A stretch of DNA of 64,000 nt from Octopus sinensis (taxonomy: Eukaryota), in contig NC_042997.1 of NCBI RefSeq assembly GCF_006345805.1, positions 148,800,001 to 148,864,000 of the forward strand, read 5' to 3'. The first letter of the stretch is position 1. The number at the start of each line of letters is the position of its first letter. Below, one piece after another: positions 40,741 to 55,389 of the stretch. Both the position numbers and the translations under genes were made by a program. The notes under the pieces are model-generated. The model did no database searches. It saw only the letters and a list, made by a program, of their open reading frames with translations, and was not told the origin of the DNA.

Positions 40741-41265
40741 TAGTTACATCGACGACCATTGAAACGTGTATTAATTAAAACTTTACTCCGGACAGAAGTG
40801 ATATACAAGTTGACTAACCAAATATAGCACACAAAATTATCAGGAGAACGTGTGGAATTATATTTCAAGCTTAAAACATTCAACATCCCCTGGTTAATTA
40901 ATACGAGACTTAAATAGAACAAGAACAAAATTTAAGTAAGATATATATAATAATCACAGTACTTGTAAGTTGTAGAAATTGTAGAGCATAGCACACTCTC
41001 TAGCACCGACTAAAACAAACACAAGCTTGTACACACGCACACACACACATGCACATGCAAAACACAGGACATGTTATATGCACGGATACATGTGTGTATG
41101 GATGTTGGTTTGTCTCTAACTCTGTCTGTCTGTCTCTCTTTCTTTCGATATATATATATATATATATATATATAAATGTATTTATGCATATTTATATACT
41201 TACTTCTCTATACACGTATATATATATATATATGTGTGTGTATATATATATATATAATATATATA

Positions 41266-41306
<41 letters not shown>

Positions 41307-41931
41307 TGTGTGTGTACTACTCCAGAGAGAGGAACAGAGAGGGCGAGACAGATAGATAGTAACAGAGAGAAAGAGAGAGAGAGAGAGAGAGTTATTCAGA
41401 AATCGCAAGGAGACAAAATCACAACAGACATTTTCTAATTTGGATCTGTAGTATTATTTCCTTCACGATTACAATCTATACTTGCAGATTGTAACTAATG
41501 AGATATTAATTGGAAGCGAATATATGTAACCCACTTCTTATTGAAATTGTCTGGAGAGGGCGTTTCGCGTCATTATCACAAATATCGGTTTCCAAAAAGC
41601 CATATTTTCCTTAATACTGCATCGTAACTAATTCGTTCATTAGTTTCAATTTACTGAAGTTGATTTATAAATATTTTATATTTTGATATCGCGATGTTAA
41701 TGATTATATGCTGATAAGAGTTTTATTCAAATAAACAATGATCAGGCGTCCTAATATATAGATGAAGGACGAAAATGTGCATTCAATGTGATAATAAGAA
41801 CTAAAGTAAAGATACCTTTTATGTAACATTGATAAATTATTTAGCTATGATTGAAAAAATGATCTATAATTACATGCCTTAGGCACAAGATCTTGAATGA
41901 AAATGGCGATTAAACATCAGGTATACATGTA

Positions 41932-41967
<36 letters not shown>

Positions 41968-42116
41968 GCACACACACATATTCTCTCTCTGTTTATTCAT
42001 CGTGTTCCTATCTATTGAAGAACGTAGGCTCGAAACATAAAAGACTTCCTCACCTTCCCGAGCGTCAAACTAATAAACGTGTAAATACTAATTTGTCTTC
42101 TGGGTTTCTGTAAATT

Positions 42117-42201
<85 letters not shown>

Positions 42202-42705
42202 AGGTTATGAGTCGTAATGGTGTCAGTAAGACCCAAAGGTATCAGGTAATACTGAGTAAGTGCAAAGGATAGACTATAGTTAAGCTCCAGGTTCCGTGAT
42301 TATGCGAATAAGGAGTCCAACGTAGGTCACATATCAGCGTGTGCATATATAAAAACAAAATTTCAGAATGAAATAAAAAACCAAGTCTGTGAAGATTTTA
42401 GAAGGTATTATACCTGTTTCCAAGATATTCATTATATCGCTTCATCGGAGACGGTGTGAGAAAATGGTTAAGCAATAGTTAATTTAGATAAGATACGAAA
42501 TAGAGAGTGAAGTGGAGGAATGAAAATAGATGTGAGATATGTAGGGACATTGCATTTGTAGATCCATTATTTAGGCACAATGGTATTCATGTAAGATTCC
42601 AATATCTTGTGAGTAAATTCCAATAGTGGAAACAGCAGTAAGACCTATTTATAAATGTTCTAAAATCTTCACAGCGTAGGTTTTTTTATCTCATTGTGAA
42701 AAATT

Positions 42706-42780
<75 letters not shown>

Positions 42781-42789
42781 GTATGTGCG

Positions 42790-44260
42790 TGTACTTAGAT
42801 ATTGTTTCGGCTATGTCTAACTTATTAATACTACCTGAGAGGAGTTGTTTAGTTGTTTTTAGACCATGGTATCCCTTGAAGAGATCTGTCCAAATTTCGT
42901 TTGAAGCTGATGGGTTCTTTTTCTTATTGATTTGTTTTGAGATAATGTTAAATAGAGCAGGGCTTTTGGGTAAAAGAATTGTGTGGCATTGTTGCAATGA
43001 ATTTATATGTTTTAAGCCTGAATTGAAAAGGTAGCGCTTGGCATGTAGACATAGACTTGAATCTAATGTTACGGTCTTTTGGGCAATGCTGGTAGTATTT
43101 TCTTCACATTGTGCAAATAAGAACAACTAAAGTTTCATTGTTTTCAGCCGGTTCCAATAGTTAAGATTAAAAATGCCTTTCACTCTGTTAATGATTGCTC
43201 TCTGAAGTGACTCAATTCTCGTAATATGTTGTCTGTTGTTGGGAAATCAAAAGGGTCAGTAATGTTCTAGACGTGACTGTAGAAAGGAGGAGGAAGAAAA
43301 TGGAATGATGATATATTGTCCTCTGTAACAGAACGTTCTGAGGATCCAGGAGGTCATGCATAGAGCCATATCGAATTATTGTTGGTGTGATCACTTCAGT
43401 GGAGATTGTTGTCAACAGTTATTGATATAATTGGATGATGTGAATAGTTCCCCGGGAGTAAAAGAATAGGATTTTTTTTCAGCGCATAGTTTTTTTCTAT
43501 TATGAATGGGTTGAAATTGTCACTGATTTAACCACCTGTTTTTTTTTATGCCACTTGAATTCACTTCTATCTTCTGTATTGATAATTTTCTGGAACTCGG
43601 ATCATCTTCGAATATTCTTATTTTGCTTTGGTTGATGACACTTGAGATGCCATTTATATAGACTATAAAGAGAATAAAGACCCTTCTGGGGAATACCACT
43701 GGTGACTTTCACTGGGCTTGAGCGAAATCATCTGAACCGGACAGGTTCTGTTCTGTTCATCAAGAAAGATTAAATCCAATGCAGGACCTTACCGCGCATT
43801 TCAATCTAGGACAATTTTTACAGGTGGCTGACCTTATCGAACGCTTTGGTGAAATCAAGATACATGGTATCAGAATTCTAATCTGATCCCAAAGCTTTAA
43901 GGACAGCTCTAATAGGATGTAAAACCTGTATTATGCAGTCCTTGCGGCAGAGAAAGCCATACTTGTTGGAATTTGATAGATTATGACTCTCCATAAAGCC
44001 AGTTATCCTTAATCTCACTACACTATCAAACATATCCATGATATTATAGGTGAATGAAATTGGGTAATAGTTAAAAGTAAGATACCTTATTTCATTTTTA
44101 AAGATCTGGATGACAGATTGGGATGAGTACTGTTTCTCCAGAGATTGTGTATAGAGTTTTTGCCTGCATTCCTTCTGGAACCTATTAGTACCTGCTGCAG
44201 AATAGTACTTGATTTCATTTATGTCTGAGGCAGTAATGTCAGAGATAATTCAAAGCCCGA
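42790..44260 (-). mobile_element. CR1/L2-group LINE RT and C-terminal relic
   Basis: Y.PISFT, GFLCRKDC, MYLDFTKAFDKVSH, KVTSGIPQ, SPALFNII; multiple frameshifts. Confidence 0.85.
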
Positions 44261-44620
44261 GTCCATTTAAATAGTATCATGCTTATCGTCGCATTGTGTC
44301 TCTCGATATACACAAGAGCCATCGCATTCTCACCATCATTTTAGATCTATGTACACATATAGTACGAGCAAATAATGAACTAATATATTAATCATTTGAT
44401 TTAATTTCTTAACTATTGTGACGTTGCCAAATTTAACTGTCCCTCATACAACCGTTTTAAAACATCAAATAAAATATATCGAGTGCAATCCCTTCGCCGT
44501 TAATTTTCGCACAGCCGCCTTTAGTTCCAAGTTCCACTTAATCGTTTCATTCTAGACGACTGGAATAGTAGGTATCTCTAATTTCTTTATATCTTACTTC
44601 TTTGCCATTTTCATTCTTAC

Positions 44621-44882
44621 ATATTTAAGAATAAGAACACAAATTTGTTTGCTCTCACAAAACAGTTCCTACCTGGTGCTATTTGTTGCGACATATTTCT
44701 GCGCCATAAATGCTTATCACCAGCGGCGTTAGGTATGCCTGTTTCAAGATGCTTATAGAAGGTAGATAGAAAATGTAATAACAGGCAGGTAGGTAGAGCA
44801 TTTAATAACAAGGGAGAAGACATTTTGAAATTAAGTCTCCGTCTGTGAACGAACTCGTGTTTTACATGTGTGCGGATGTGCT
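44621..44882 (-). other. Best host-exon candidate in the window (unknown product)
   Basis: Long polypyrimidine tract ..ttttgttttattatgttttgtAG; open frame with AAAATG start MSSPLLLNALPTCLLLHF..NCFVRANKFVFLFLN; donor AT|GTAAGA (alternative CAG|GTAGGA near 44672). Confidence 0.35.
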
Positions 44883-46374
44883 CTACAAAACATAATAAAA
44901 CAAAAAATGAAACAAAAGAAGAAATGGTCAGAAAAAGCATGGAAAGATCAATAGTGACCCCGTATAGAATGCAATACTTGCGCTTTCTTAGAGCAAAGCT
45001 ACAATGATTCTTCTCAAAACAATAAATAAAAGAACAAAGAATTCAAGGAATTAAATTTTATGTTTTCAGAGAATGAAACGGAGACCCAAGAGATACAATC
45101 TTGAGCAAGTTTTTCAAAGGATACAATTTGAATCTAGAAATTAATGAGACCAATTTCGAAGGTATATGACATTCGGTGGATGTGTTGTTAGGAAAAATAC
45201 CAGAATGTATTCTATTTGCATTCCAAAATATTTTAATCGAAACAAAGATATCCATCCCGAATTCGCTGCTTTGTTACGTACCCAAAACGATGCACATTGG
45301 CGTGAACAAGAGGCTGGATTATCAGTAAAACCGGAAGTCCAGAAACGAACCTTATTTCAAATCGAGATGTTTGCAGCATCTGCATTTTGATTATTGGTCT
45401 CTAGTTTTCTATTGATAAAACAAATATGTTTAACCATGTACGTGTTGTACAGATCATATATAAGATAACATACAACCGTTTTGTTTTAAAATTACGCAAC
45501 GCTTCTGATATTGGCTACTTGAACTTTCCATGTTTTGTTGAAATAATAGAATGTCTTTAAAATTTACAAGAGACGTACGTTCGAGTCCTTTCGTTAAAAT
45601 TCGACCTTTTCTTTCCAAAAGGTCTTTTAACTAAATATTCATACACGTTCATTTATACGTTGGATTTTCACCCTCCCAGAAATAGGATATATGTATGGTA
45701 GTCGATGTGTGTATGCATATCTTGCATTTAATACTGTACTAGATTAAAATTTTGCTTCCATATTTCCTCAGGCAATATTGGCAGGTATCTTGTTAACGTC
45801 AGTAAAACAGAAACATAATGGTAAATTTTTTAACATTGTATCTGCCAACTCATGTTTTGTACATCTAACAATACATAGTCTGCTGTTTCCCCTCATAATT
45901 AAATGATAGTTTCATATGATTTGACGGAGATCTTACAGAAAATCACCTGCTTGCAAGATGTGACGTCGTTTTGAATTTGATGACGCTTTCGGTGATATTA
46001 TGTGTAACTTGTAACTTATCATTAAGTGATGGAATAGTTGTGAATGGTATTTAACAACCTGTCTTAAATATTTAATGTTTGCACTTCAATTTTTTTAATA
46101 TTTAACAGATTGCTATTTTCTTCCGGTAAGCTCTTAGTTTCATTTGTGGTTATATAAGAGCTGATCATAATATTCGATTGCGTTATAAACCTGAATTCCG
46201 TCTTTGACCTAGATTTGCAAGGAATTTGGATTCGAAGTGTGCATTCGATTTATGGATATTATTCAGTACATTTTCATTTATCATGTCGGTTGTTGCAATT
46301 AAAATTACAGATTTTAAAAGCAGGTAGCCCGCGAAGAAAGTAATGTTGTCAGTGCTATGTGTATATCATATCAT

Positions 46375-46466
<92 letters not shown>

Positions 46467-49400
46467 CTACATTGTTATGTTAATTCTTTTGAATTCCTTA
46501 TTCTTGAAATGAACTTTTGAGATTCCGAATTTGTAGCAATGAAAAACAACATGCATTTACTTCTCGAATCGAATATATTTCAGTAAATAAAATATTACTT
46601 GGTATGGTATGTATCATATCCTTCTCACATTCATTCTGACTTAACATTCATTCTTGATATTATCTAGTTGCATGCCTATAATTTGCTTTATCTTTCTTTC
46701 TATAATGCATTAACATACTTAATATCTTTCTCCCTTCCTGTTTCTCCGTACCGATGTCCATATTAGTTTTAGAAAAACTCATTTTCGTATCTACTTTTGT
46801 TGTTGCGTTACCAAGAAATTTCTTTCATATAACAAGTAACAATTAGAATTGCTTTTTCTGTTGCATTTTTATCGAAATTAGATATTCTGTTCATGTGATA
46901 ATTAAGCCTGGAAGATTAATGATAGGTAATTTGTTTATTAAGGAAATGATAATTGAATAGCACGGACTATCGCATATTTCAATACGTTATACGTGACACC
47001 GTTTAATGTATTCAAATTGAAACAATGTTTCAGAAACCTCAGGTGAAAATGAGAGTAGAGTAGTGAAAATGATGGATCTGAAATTAGCGCACACAGATAT
47101 AAACAAAACAATATATAAACAAACGAGAAGAAAATCAAATGTGTGACGATTGCGAAAAGAACAGCTATTTGCAAATAAAAAGAAACGTGTGAATGACTTG
47201 GTTTTAAAACACTTTTCATTGCGGGTTTTAAACTGTTGAACAACATTGTTTGATTAGGTAGTTTAGCGTCAGGTTTACATTTAATTTTAATTGCAAAGTC
47301 ATACTCGTCACCACCAAAGATATACAGATGATAAATTCTTGTTGTTGCTTAAAGACTACTTGAAAGTAGACAATTTTATTACCTTCAGTAATCGGATATC
47401 AATTATTCTGATGAAATATCTTCCGCAGACATTTGGCCTTCAAGTGAATAATCAATAAACTCTAATAGCTTTTTTTTTAACATTTGACAACTTTTACTTC
47501 TTAAACAAAATATATCCACCTCAGACGTAGAAATGTCATCGATTTATGACATCGATTAAAAGAACTCTATTATGTTTCCTGTAACCATATAAATTTAAAT
47601 ACGGTTTTGTTTAAAAGAAAATGATTGCATCTCTTACGTCGTTTTCATCTTGGAGCGGTTAGTTGCTCTTTTTATTTGAGTATAATTCAAGTCAGCATCT
47701 ATATACCCGACTAGATCAAAACTTACAAAATACTAAATAAAATGACAGTGATTGATATTTCTTTATTAATCGTGAGACATACACTTAATGGAAACTATGT
47801 GACAGATATTAAAAGTAAATAATATTGATTATATTGCGATGTTAGTGGAGAAGGTGCATGTTCTTTCAGTGATAAAATGTTGAAATAATGCACTAAAACA
47901 AGATAAACATTTAACGGATATTGTGTTCTAGGTAAATATGAGTTTAAAAAATCGTTATATGAAAATTTCTGTTAAATATACATATTTTTCAAATAAGAAC
48001 ATTATATCACACTTTTGTTGTAATATAATTGCAAAGTTGGCTTGTTGACGCAAGAAACACCTATTGTGAGCTTACTTCTTTCGCTACAAAACAACAGTTT
48101 TTATTCAATCCGATTACGTGGCACACTGGTCATGGGCGTTCTATCATAAACACAACTAGTTTGACCATTGTAAGTGGAATTGGTGCAACTCACGATTAGA
48201 ATATTTTACCTGTGCTCATTTCAACACGAACATAAGGGCAATTTTTGCACGTGTTAAATCTGTTATAAGAATATAGTATATAACATCTTCGCATTAGTCA
48301 TGTAGCCCCTGAAATAACTTAGAATATATTCTGTTCTGATTAATGCCCCTACACCATATTTCAAATTAATATTCACATACATAAGATGCACTATTTAATA
48401 TGCAGCTACAAGAAATTAAATTAGAATTTTAGGCTTGGAATAATAAACTGAAATTTACATGATGTATATTCCATGACACAATGCGCTGTTTTGCTATATT
48501 TAGAGAATTTTCAAGTTATTCTAGTTATGTATAATGTAATATAAAAATAAATTCGTTAATTATACGTAAGTAGGATATGAAACTCACTGCCGCTTGCTCT
48601 GAATTGAGAAACAAATAATCATCTTCAGGGTGCTTAGAATTTTGTTTAATCGTAAAATGCGTAAATATTTTCAAAATAATTTTGTAAACTTTTTATAAGC
48701 AATCTAATTATAGAAACATCTTCAATTATTAAAATAACTTTGTCGATATCTATTGGAAATTTAAAAGAAAATTACGCAGATTTTGAATTAAATTTAAAAT
48801 TAGGTTTCGAATAAATTCAAGACAATTATTAAACACGAAATAAATCGAAACTTAATTTTATATCATTTACTTGAAATAATCAGAATGTATTTCAATTTAA
48901 ATTTAATATATTTAATCAATACAAATATTAATAAGTAGAATTTGAATTATGTGTGATTTTATTCATAAAGATACGATCTCATTTCAATAACAATTTGTCT
49001 GAGATGGATTAGTTTTATTAACCTTATAATTTCGAGGGCAATAAACCTCATTTGTATAGCGTATATTCGAATAAATCAACACGTAGCAACGATTAACTTA
49101 AGATACAATTATAAAAAGTTATATTTTTCAATATGTGCAGAATCTTTGTTAAAATTAGAAACAGGATACTTTAATTGCAGTGCTATGTACGTAAAATTTA
49201 AATCCTACGGGTAAGCAATTGGATTGAGAGCGATTATGATATAAATATTATGAGCATTAACTATAACTGCCAGAAAATACTTTTCAGATCATTATGGCAT
49301 TCAAATATAACCATTCATTTCATTCAGAATTATAATCATTTCCTTTATGAAAGCAATATTTTAGGAAAATTGGGTATGATGTATTCAAATATAGAGATTC

Positions 49401-51352
49401 CAATATCCAAATATAATTTACTACTAATTGAAATGAGTCGATTAATTAAGAATTTTAAAACAGCGATTCAGTTTAGTCTTACTTATTTTCACTAATGTGT
49501 ATTTAGTATATTTAATCTTTGTACAAGCTTCACCTACATGAAATAGATGCACCTTTTACGCCTACTTCATCAAATTTAACTTAACTTAATCCAACGTAAC
49601 TATTCCCATCTGACTCATCTCTCACTAAAAAAAATCTTTTTATCTGACATCTTTATTTTCTTTCTCTATTCTAAATTTACCACCATCTTGAACTCTAAAC
49701 GATTCCATATTCAATATCATTGAATTTCACTATCCATTTTGACTGGAATTTTAATGTAGCTTTTTCACTATATGATCACATGGAATACTGCAGACACTTC
49801 TCTGGATATTCTCTGCTAAGATACAAAAGTAACTCTGCTTAATTTCTCAACTTCAATACTTCTCCACCATGCCAAACTGTTGTAGCTAGTACGCTTTCTT
49901 TATCTTGTTCATCACCCCACCCAGACATGGCCAGTCTAGCTAACAGATATCTCAAGTATCCTTGCCCTGCTGGCCGTCGCCATTTACACATGGCTTCCTA
50001 CATACCAGATGACGTAGTATCCTTTCTCCTCATCTTGATATATTCATCTAACTCTAGAAATTATTTATCCAACCCGTGATCGCTGCTATACGGATAGATA
50101 CTGTTTATTTTGCTCAAGGTGCACTATCTATGCATCTATTCTGGAAACAGCTATAAGAGACTTTGAATCCCACCTTTTGAGCTATACCCATTTAACAATT
50201 CAACCATAACGTTTTAAAATATAAACATCCTAATATTTAACTACCTGATAGTATTTAGCTGCCCCTTTTTACCTTTATCCTATTATTCACATTTATATGC
50301 ATACAAACTTGTAGACGTACAGTAAATTTTCCTCGGACCATAATTCAATTAATAGTCATTTTAAGCCAGGTTCTGTGGTATCATACCCATACACGAAGAT
50401 ATGTTATTTTTCACTGAGATGTATCGAAGACACTTGTCCACTTGTCTCGTATGCCGTGAAGAAAGTTGCCCAAATATCATTGAAGGTTATCCGATCTTTC
50501 TCTTCTTAAATTAGTTTTAATACATTTTATACAGCAGGGCTTGTTAAATAAAAGTGATTGTGTGGTAAAGATTATTTTGGTAAACGGTGTCTTGTACTGG
50601 GTGCATGACATGTGGGTCTCAGTCTTATATGCATTGTGAAATTGATGTTAAGACCATGTGGGGACTGTTGATGATATATTCTCCACATTATGTAAATGAT
50701 GTAGCGCTTACTGCAGAATTGGACAGAACAGAGTTTCAAAGGTTTAAGGCGGTTCAAAACAACCTCGACCAATCATGATATATTTGGGGTTGTTTTCTGG
50801 GTTGTCTCTATTTTTCTAATTTTATATCTGTTTCACACAGATATACATATGTATACACAGCACACATACACACACACAAACACTCATAAACATAGGCACG
50901 TTTATATATAATGTGTTTTTCGTGAATATTCAGATAAGATTCTTTTGGTGTACACATTGTACTCATTCGAGAATTTAGTACAGCTTTCATATTTCAATGA
51001 TACCAAACTTTGAAACAAAGTCACGAATACATTTCTTGTCCCGGTTATAATTTTAAAGTTTTATTTCAATTTATTTTCCACATCTCCATTCATAAATGGA
51101 TATTTACCATGAATATTCGATTTTACAGAATTTATCCATGATTATAACTCTTATTATGATTCGATTATTACAAAGATCTACCCATCTGTAAAATAACAAG
51201 AGAGCTAATGGCTCCATCTTTTAAACTATAAGCATCTTGCTTACACAGCACACTCACATACATATACATCTTTAGGTATAGATGTATATATACACATTAA
51301 TATATATATGTGTGTGTGTATATATATATATATATATACACACACATACATA

Positions 51353-51425
<73 letters not shown>

Positions 51426-51984
51426 TACAGAGAGACGCATAAACACGTATATACGTATTACTTCGGTACTTGTATGGTTAAAACATAACAAGGCTATCAA
51501 ATACTATTGCCTATAATCTGTATCTCTGTGACCGTTCCTCTTCTTAATTTATACTAACCACTTTGCTATCGAGTTTCGATATTATGAAATCTCAATTGAA
51601 GCAAAACACCGACAATAGATTCCACTTACTCTCCATATCCATGCTTGGAGAACACATTAGTCTTATAATGTAAATTAATGGAGTGCAACGAAGAGATGCG
51701 GATTATATTGACATTGGACATTTAGAAAGCAGCTTATTTGGCACAAGTGGTGTACATTACGATGCCTTCTTGCTTCTCTACTTTCTTTTTGTTTTTATTG
51801 GATTTCCTGCTGCAACTGTAATATGTACTGGTTCAATGCTCGCCATTGTCGTTCTTGATGCTGGTAGTATATCTTCGTTAATATCATTTTTCTACCCCGT
51901 CGTCTTATTCAACATTATATTAAAAATCACAAGGTAATTGATCTTGATATCCTCAGTCTTATAATGGAATTTTTCGTTTTCGCC

Positions 51985-52345
51985 GCTATCGTCATTGTTA
52001 TCATTACTGCCGCCACCACCGCCACTACCACCACCGATCACCACCGTCGCCGCCGCCAGCACCAGCACCACCATCACCATCATCACCACCACAATTACCT
52101 CCACCACATTCGTCCTCGTCGCTCTTGTCATCATCATCGTCAAAGGGCCGTCAGCGGCGCTGTTGCTACCACCAGCACCACCTTTAACATCAGCACCATC
52201 AGCACCAGAAGCAGCAGTTGCATCATCATAATCATCATCATCATTATCATCATTATCGTCATCATCATAATCATCATCATCATTATCATCATTATCGTCA
52301 TCATCATCATCATTAGGATCATCCCAACCACTACCACCATTATCT
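51985..52345. repeat. Degenerate (CAC)/(CAT)n low-complexity tract with a tandem 39-bp duplication
   Basis: Directly visible. Confidence 0.9.
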
Positions 52346-52552
52346 TCACCTTCAGCGTTTGCGCAATTATTCCAATCACTTTCCTAATCCAAATCGTCAC
52401 AAGCCTTTGTAATGTTCGCCTCCTCCTGAACAGCATAGGCGTGTGCCTTTGCTTGCTTGTATGAATGTATTTATTTATACACATACACGTGAACGAGTGT
52501 GCGCGCACACATACATGCGCGCAAACACACACATAATATTATTTTGACGGAA

Positions 52553-53370
52553 GGCGGCGAGCTGGCAGAAACGTTAAAACGCCGGGTGAAATGCGTAGCG
52601 GTATTTCGTCTGCCGCTACGTTCTGAGTTCAAATTCCTTTCGGGGTCGATTAAATAAGTACCATTTACGCAATGGAGTCAATATAATCGACTTAATTCCT
52701 TTGTCTTTACATGTTTGTCCACTCTGTGTTTAGCCTCTTGTGGGCAGTAAAGAAATAGGTATTTCGTCTGCCGTTACGTTCTGAGTTCAAATTCCGCCGA
52801 GGTCGAATTTGCTATTCATCCTTTCGGGTTCGATTAAATAAATATCAGTTACGTACTGGGGTCGATCGATATAATCGACTTAATCTGTTTGCCTGTCCTT
52901 GTTTGTCCTCTCTGTGTGTGGCCCCTGGTGGGCAGTAAAACATAAGAAACGTTAGCATGCCGAGCGAAATGCTTAGCGGTATTTCGTCTGCCGCTACGTT
53001 CTGAGTTCAAATCCCGCCGAGGTCGACTTTGCCTTTCATCCTTTCGGGGTCGATTAAATAAGTACCAGTTACGCACTAGGGTCGATATAATCGACTTAAT
53101 CCGTTTGTCTGTCCTTGTTTGTCTGTCCTTGTTTGTCCCCTCTGTGTGTAGCCCCTTGTGGGCAGTAAAGAAATAAGAAACGTTAGCACGTCTGGCGAAA
53201 TGCTTACGTTCTGTGTTCAAATTCTGTCGAGGTCGTCTTTTCCTTTCATCCTTTCGGGGACAAATTAAATACCAGTTACGTACTGGTTCGATCTGATCGA
53301 CTAACTCCCGCCCCACCAAAAAAAAAAAAAAAAAAATTAGGGCCTTGTACCTAGAGTGGGAAAGGATATT
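52553..53370 (+). mobile_element. Head-to-tail tetramer of SINE family B
   Basis: Units start at about 52553, 52758, 52945 and 53176; each has GAGTTCAAAT (GTGTTCAAAT in unit 4) and CTTTCGGG..TACCAG-like motifs. Confidence 0.9.
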
Positions 53371-54399
53371 ATTTTATCGGAGTTGTACTTTCAGATTCAA
53401 ACCAAGTATCTTACCCCGTGTTTATGTACACAACGAGTGATTACATTCATGCGAATGTTAAATATTATTCTACTAATGCAAAAATAAATAGAAAATATGG
53501 AGTTGCATGAAAGTCGGAAGCAAGAATAGAACGTGAGCAAAATAGTATGTGTGACTTAACTAGTTGATGGGGTGTGTAACATCTGAAGCGATCTTCAAAT
53601 GAATTCTGTTTCCATGTGTTTACCAAGAAAGATTATATGTATTTGTATTTAAGTAAACCAATCTCTATTTAAACAAATCAATCTTTATTTATATAAAGGA
53701 ATCTAAGACCGGACTGTAAAGATAACCTCCACGTGACCTTAAAAATATAATCTGAAATAAAATAGTGAAGATTCTTAAAACATTTCAATGCTCTTATTGT
53801 AAAGTTTAAGACGAAGCGAAAATTATGTGATATGAATGTAAAGAAATATAATTGAAAATTACTTGAACAGTAATCTGATGCATCATAAAATTAGCATTCA
53901 GTTTGGTAGATCATTTTTTTTACAATATCACAGGAGTAACATATGATAAGTTGTAACTGATATATTATACAGGCATCGGCAAGAGATATGTGGTCATTCA
54001 TGTAATTCCTAATTCTTATTTATTCAATTTCATAACATATCCTGTAGTCGTATAACGTCCTACTCTGAAGCATCTGTATATTGAGTTCTAACGACAGTTT
54101 ATTAGGATTGCTGTGCGTAAATGAAATACATACACACACACACACAACACACACACACACACACACACATACATATATATATACATGGGGGTGTATACGC
54201 ATGCATATAAATCTATATACATATCAATGTGTACTAATATGTATACTTCTGTGCAAACATGTAAAAAGTCTTACCTTCACACGTCTATAAATGCATACAC
54301 ACACGTATAAAGCTACGCGGATTTACTTACATATACTCCTCTACTTAGGGATAAGAGCTGCATTCACTAATATACACTAAAATCTAATTTGCCCCTCTC

Positions 54400-54875
54400 T
54401 AATTCTCCAATTCCTCTGCCACTACCTTTCTCCTCTCCTTCCACGTGACCGATGTTCTGCCAAGCATAACCTTCCTTTGTTCGACTACCATCCTTGTAGC
54501 ATTTCTTATGTCCCTACCGTAAGGTTTATGTCAGTTTAATTTAATTCGTCCTTAGTCGAAAGATACCTGTTGTTAATGCCCTGTTGTTTCTATTTGTAAC
54601 TATGTGCCATTTCTCCTTTCATCCTCGTTTTCGTTTACATTCACTTGCTTTCATGCAAGGAATATAGTTTTCTTAGCTTAGATTTTCTAGATTTTCTAGA
54701 GGCCGGTGGTACTGGAGCTGTGTAACCGGCCGAAACTGCTGAGATAACCTGGTACTCGACTGAGGATAGGAAACTTTGATTGACTCGTCCTTGTTTTTTT
54801 CCTGTCCATTTTTGGATCGTCTAAATGTCTGGTTGTTTTGTTGTCGCCTGTTACGTGCTTGTACCATTTTTGTTA
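54400..54875 (+). mobile_element. Dispersed repeat, copy 1 of a diverged direct pair
   Basis: ttctcctctccttccacgtgaccg..cctgttgttaatgccct..cttagcttag..acctggtactcgact.aggatagg shared with 55390-55790. Confidence 0.75.
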
Positions 54876-55150
54876 TCTTATATATATATATATATATATT
54901 AATAAAAGAAATAAAACATATGCATATATATAAACATATATGTACGTACCTACCTCTACATGTACATATACACGCATATATGAGTACAGGACACCAAAGT
55001 GACGTCGAACACAAAGAGAAACGAAAACATAGACACAAACCAAAGGACATATGGCAGCGTAGTACACATTTTGGTCTCCGGTATGTAAGTACATATACAT
55101 ATACATTTTCATACATACATACATACATACATACATACATACATACATGC

Positions 55151-55181
<31 letters not shown>

Positions 55182-55389
55182 ATATATATAAATTCTGTAC
55201 GACTCTATTATTCTTTCTTTTAGACCACTTCACACTTCGTTCTTTCCGCTTTTTTTTCGCGCCCCCTTCTCTCACATTTCTTGACCTTTCTTTCATTCTC
55301 CCATTCGCTCCACACTTACCTAACTCTGTCCCTTTCCTTTCTGCTTCTTTCCTCTTCTCTCTTCCTTGTCACTTCCTAATTCTTCAGTT

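Noticed and set aside
44621-44700. Tetraspanin-like N-terminus (NCFVRANKFVFLFLN)
   Set aside because: No downstream tetraspanin exons (remaining TM segments, CCG motif) were found, so no gene name is assigned
49680-50200. Possible very old LINE endonuclease or SINE debris
   Set aside because: Too decayed to classify reliably
51683-52464. Hydrophobic 84-aa and His-rich 166-aa ORFs
   Set aside because: Composition is explained by degenerate trinucleotide and low-complexity DNA
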